Part shown: positions 62,231 through 64,000 of the stretch, in pieces
Position numbering within the stretch: the first letter of the stretch is position 1
Layout: each line of letters begins with the position of its first letter
From: Azolla caroliniana
Lineage: Eukaryota > Plantae > Polypodiophyta
DNA: 64,000 bases
Direction of reading: 5' to 3'
NCBI GenBank assembly: GCA_043228905.1
Contig: JBHGNT010000002.1
Location: 27,838,001-27,902,000, forward strand
Position numbers and translations under genes: made by a program
The notes under the pieces: model-generated
Told to the model about the DNA's origin: nothing
What the model saw: only the letters and a program-made list of their open reading frames with translations
Database searches by the model: none

Positions 62231-62630
62231 CATGTACATACATACACACATACATCAACATGCATGCATGCATGTACATACATATTATGAAGTGTTGTTA
62301 TTATGTATGTATGTATGTATGTATGTATGTGTTCAACTAGAGAGAGAGAGAGAGAGTACAATGGCATGTTTCTCATGTGGCTTGGATTGACTCACGTGAT
62401 GTTGGAGTTCTAGTAAGTCTGTGTGTGTGTGTCATTTAGGCATTGTTCTCTTCTCTGTGTATGTTGTCATTCTTGAACTTTCATGTCCTTTCCTTGGTGA
62501 GTACCTTTGCTCTATGATAGTGTAAAGTATCTCGATCCTTTTGTGAATGAATACCTACTACTTTCAAGGTGGTGATCCCACCAAATCCCCCCCCCCCCCA
62601 TTGATGATGCTCAAAGTTGCGATACAATAG

Positions 62631-63068
62631 CCCCAATGGCTTTAGCGATGGCCATTCAAAGCTCGTTTGTGTGTGTCATTGTCTTTGACCGTTATTGAGA
62701 TCCTCAACATTGTAGTATGGCACAAGAGAGTAGAGATATAACAACCCCAATGGCTTTAGCGATGGCCATTCAAAGCCCGTTTGTGTGTGTCATTGTCTTT
62801 GACCATTATTGAGATCCTCAACATTGCAGTATGGCACGAGAGAGTAGAGATATAACAACCCCAATGGCTTTAGCGATGGCCATTCAAAGCCCGTTTGTGT
62901 GTGTCATTGTCTTTGACCGTTATTGAGATCCTCAACATTGCAGTATGGCACAAGAGAGTAGAGATATAACAACCCCAATGGCTTTAGCGATGGCCATTCA
63001 AAGCCCGTTTGTGTGTGGCGTTGTCCTTGACCATTATCGAGATCCTCAACACTTATAGTATGGCACAA
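62631..63068. repeat. 114-bp tandem repeat, about 3.8 copies
   Basis: CCCCAATGGCTTTAGCGATGGCCATTCAAAGC starts at 62631, 62745, 62859 and 62973. Confidence 0.95.
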
Positions 63069-64000
63069 GGGTTTTTGTTATTGTCACACTACTTTTTATG
63101 AGGGAGGGAGAGACGGAGATGGAGAGAGAGGTTGTCATAGTATGAACCATACGTGCATTCACATTCGAGCATGGTAAACACCCTTGAAGTATGGTAAATA
63201 CCATATTTTTGTATTCATTATTTACTACAAGGTAAAACTTTTTTAAGGTAAAAAAGTGAGAAATTCTTTTTAAAACGTCCCAAAAAACATTTGCCTCAAC
63301 ATTTGACCTATAAAGCTAGTAGGAAAGACTTTCACACATGGTGTGTGTGGAATTGAGTAGTGTCCGTCGTTTTTTGGGATCTTTACTATTTAATGTTGTG
63401 ATTGAGATGACACATTTTTATTACGAGAGGAATGTTTGTGATTAGTGTAGTAGATTGACAATGAATTGAAAGCAAGCTTTAAATATAGCAACAATAGATC
63501 ATTGTATCAAATTGTGATACTCGAACACCTAAACTTTTCAAAAGCAAAATATACATACATAGTTAACAAATCTCCTCTCTTCTCCCCCACATTGAAGCGA
63601 TTGTAAGCTAAGATGCATGGAAGCTTGTACCAAACAAAAGGGATAGTTCCTAACATGTATCAAGAAGTATTCTTGTTTCCTCGTTTGGAGAAGTTGGTTA
63701 TATAGTTTGGTGAAGGTATGCAATGTATAATAACCAAAACATTTGCCTCAATATATATTCTCTATCAATATTGCAAGAAAACCTCAATAATGGAGGAATC
63801 TATTGGTGCATCACGATGCAAATGTAATGCATCCAAGAAAGCAAATAATCTATTTATATATCGAATCTAATTGGAACCCAAGAATTTTCTTTTTTGCATA
63901 TTTTGAACCCTTGCACTTGCTTCTCGTGAGATTCTAGGAAGTTGTCATGAAGGGCATTTTTAACCATAAGCATGTAAAGATAGATTTTAGTATTACTGAG

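Noticed and set aside
62631-63068. CRISPR-like array
   Set aside because: Whole units repeat with no unique spacers; eukaryotic context; no cas genes.

Overview
AT-rich, intron-rich land-plant nuclear DNA; the repeat and LINE content suggests a fern or other seed-free plant (inference). It holds three spliced minus-strand host genes, with exons reconstructed by hand from GT-AG sites and phase continuity: a ZIFL-type MFS transporter (3' end missing or truncated), a complete ABCB6/ABCB20-type ABC transporter (11 exons, 1415 aa) and a complete MON1/SAND gene (14 coding exons, 684 aa). The rest is layered transposon material. A young Copia element sits in MON1 intron 1; its 5' LTR is split by a full-length RTE-X-like two-ORF LINE inserted into a (TC)n run, its PBS/LTR end is inverted and gag is deleted. 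There are hAT MITEs with nested elements, including a solo LTR carrying an antisense tRNA-like module, plus L1 3' fragments, a PPR+actin chimeric pseudogene, a ~1.44 kb foldback palindrome, and three decoy copies of an exon end/5' splice site in ABCB intron 1. No database searches were run; family calls rest on motif recognition. I found no clearly new protein-coding system; the strongest candidates for novelty are TE and RNA-structure arrangements.
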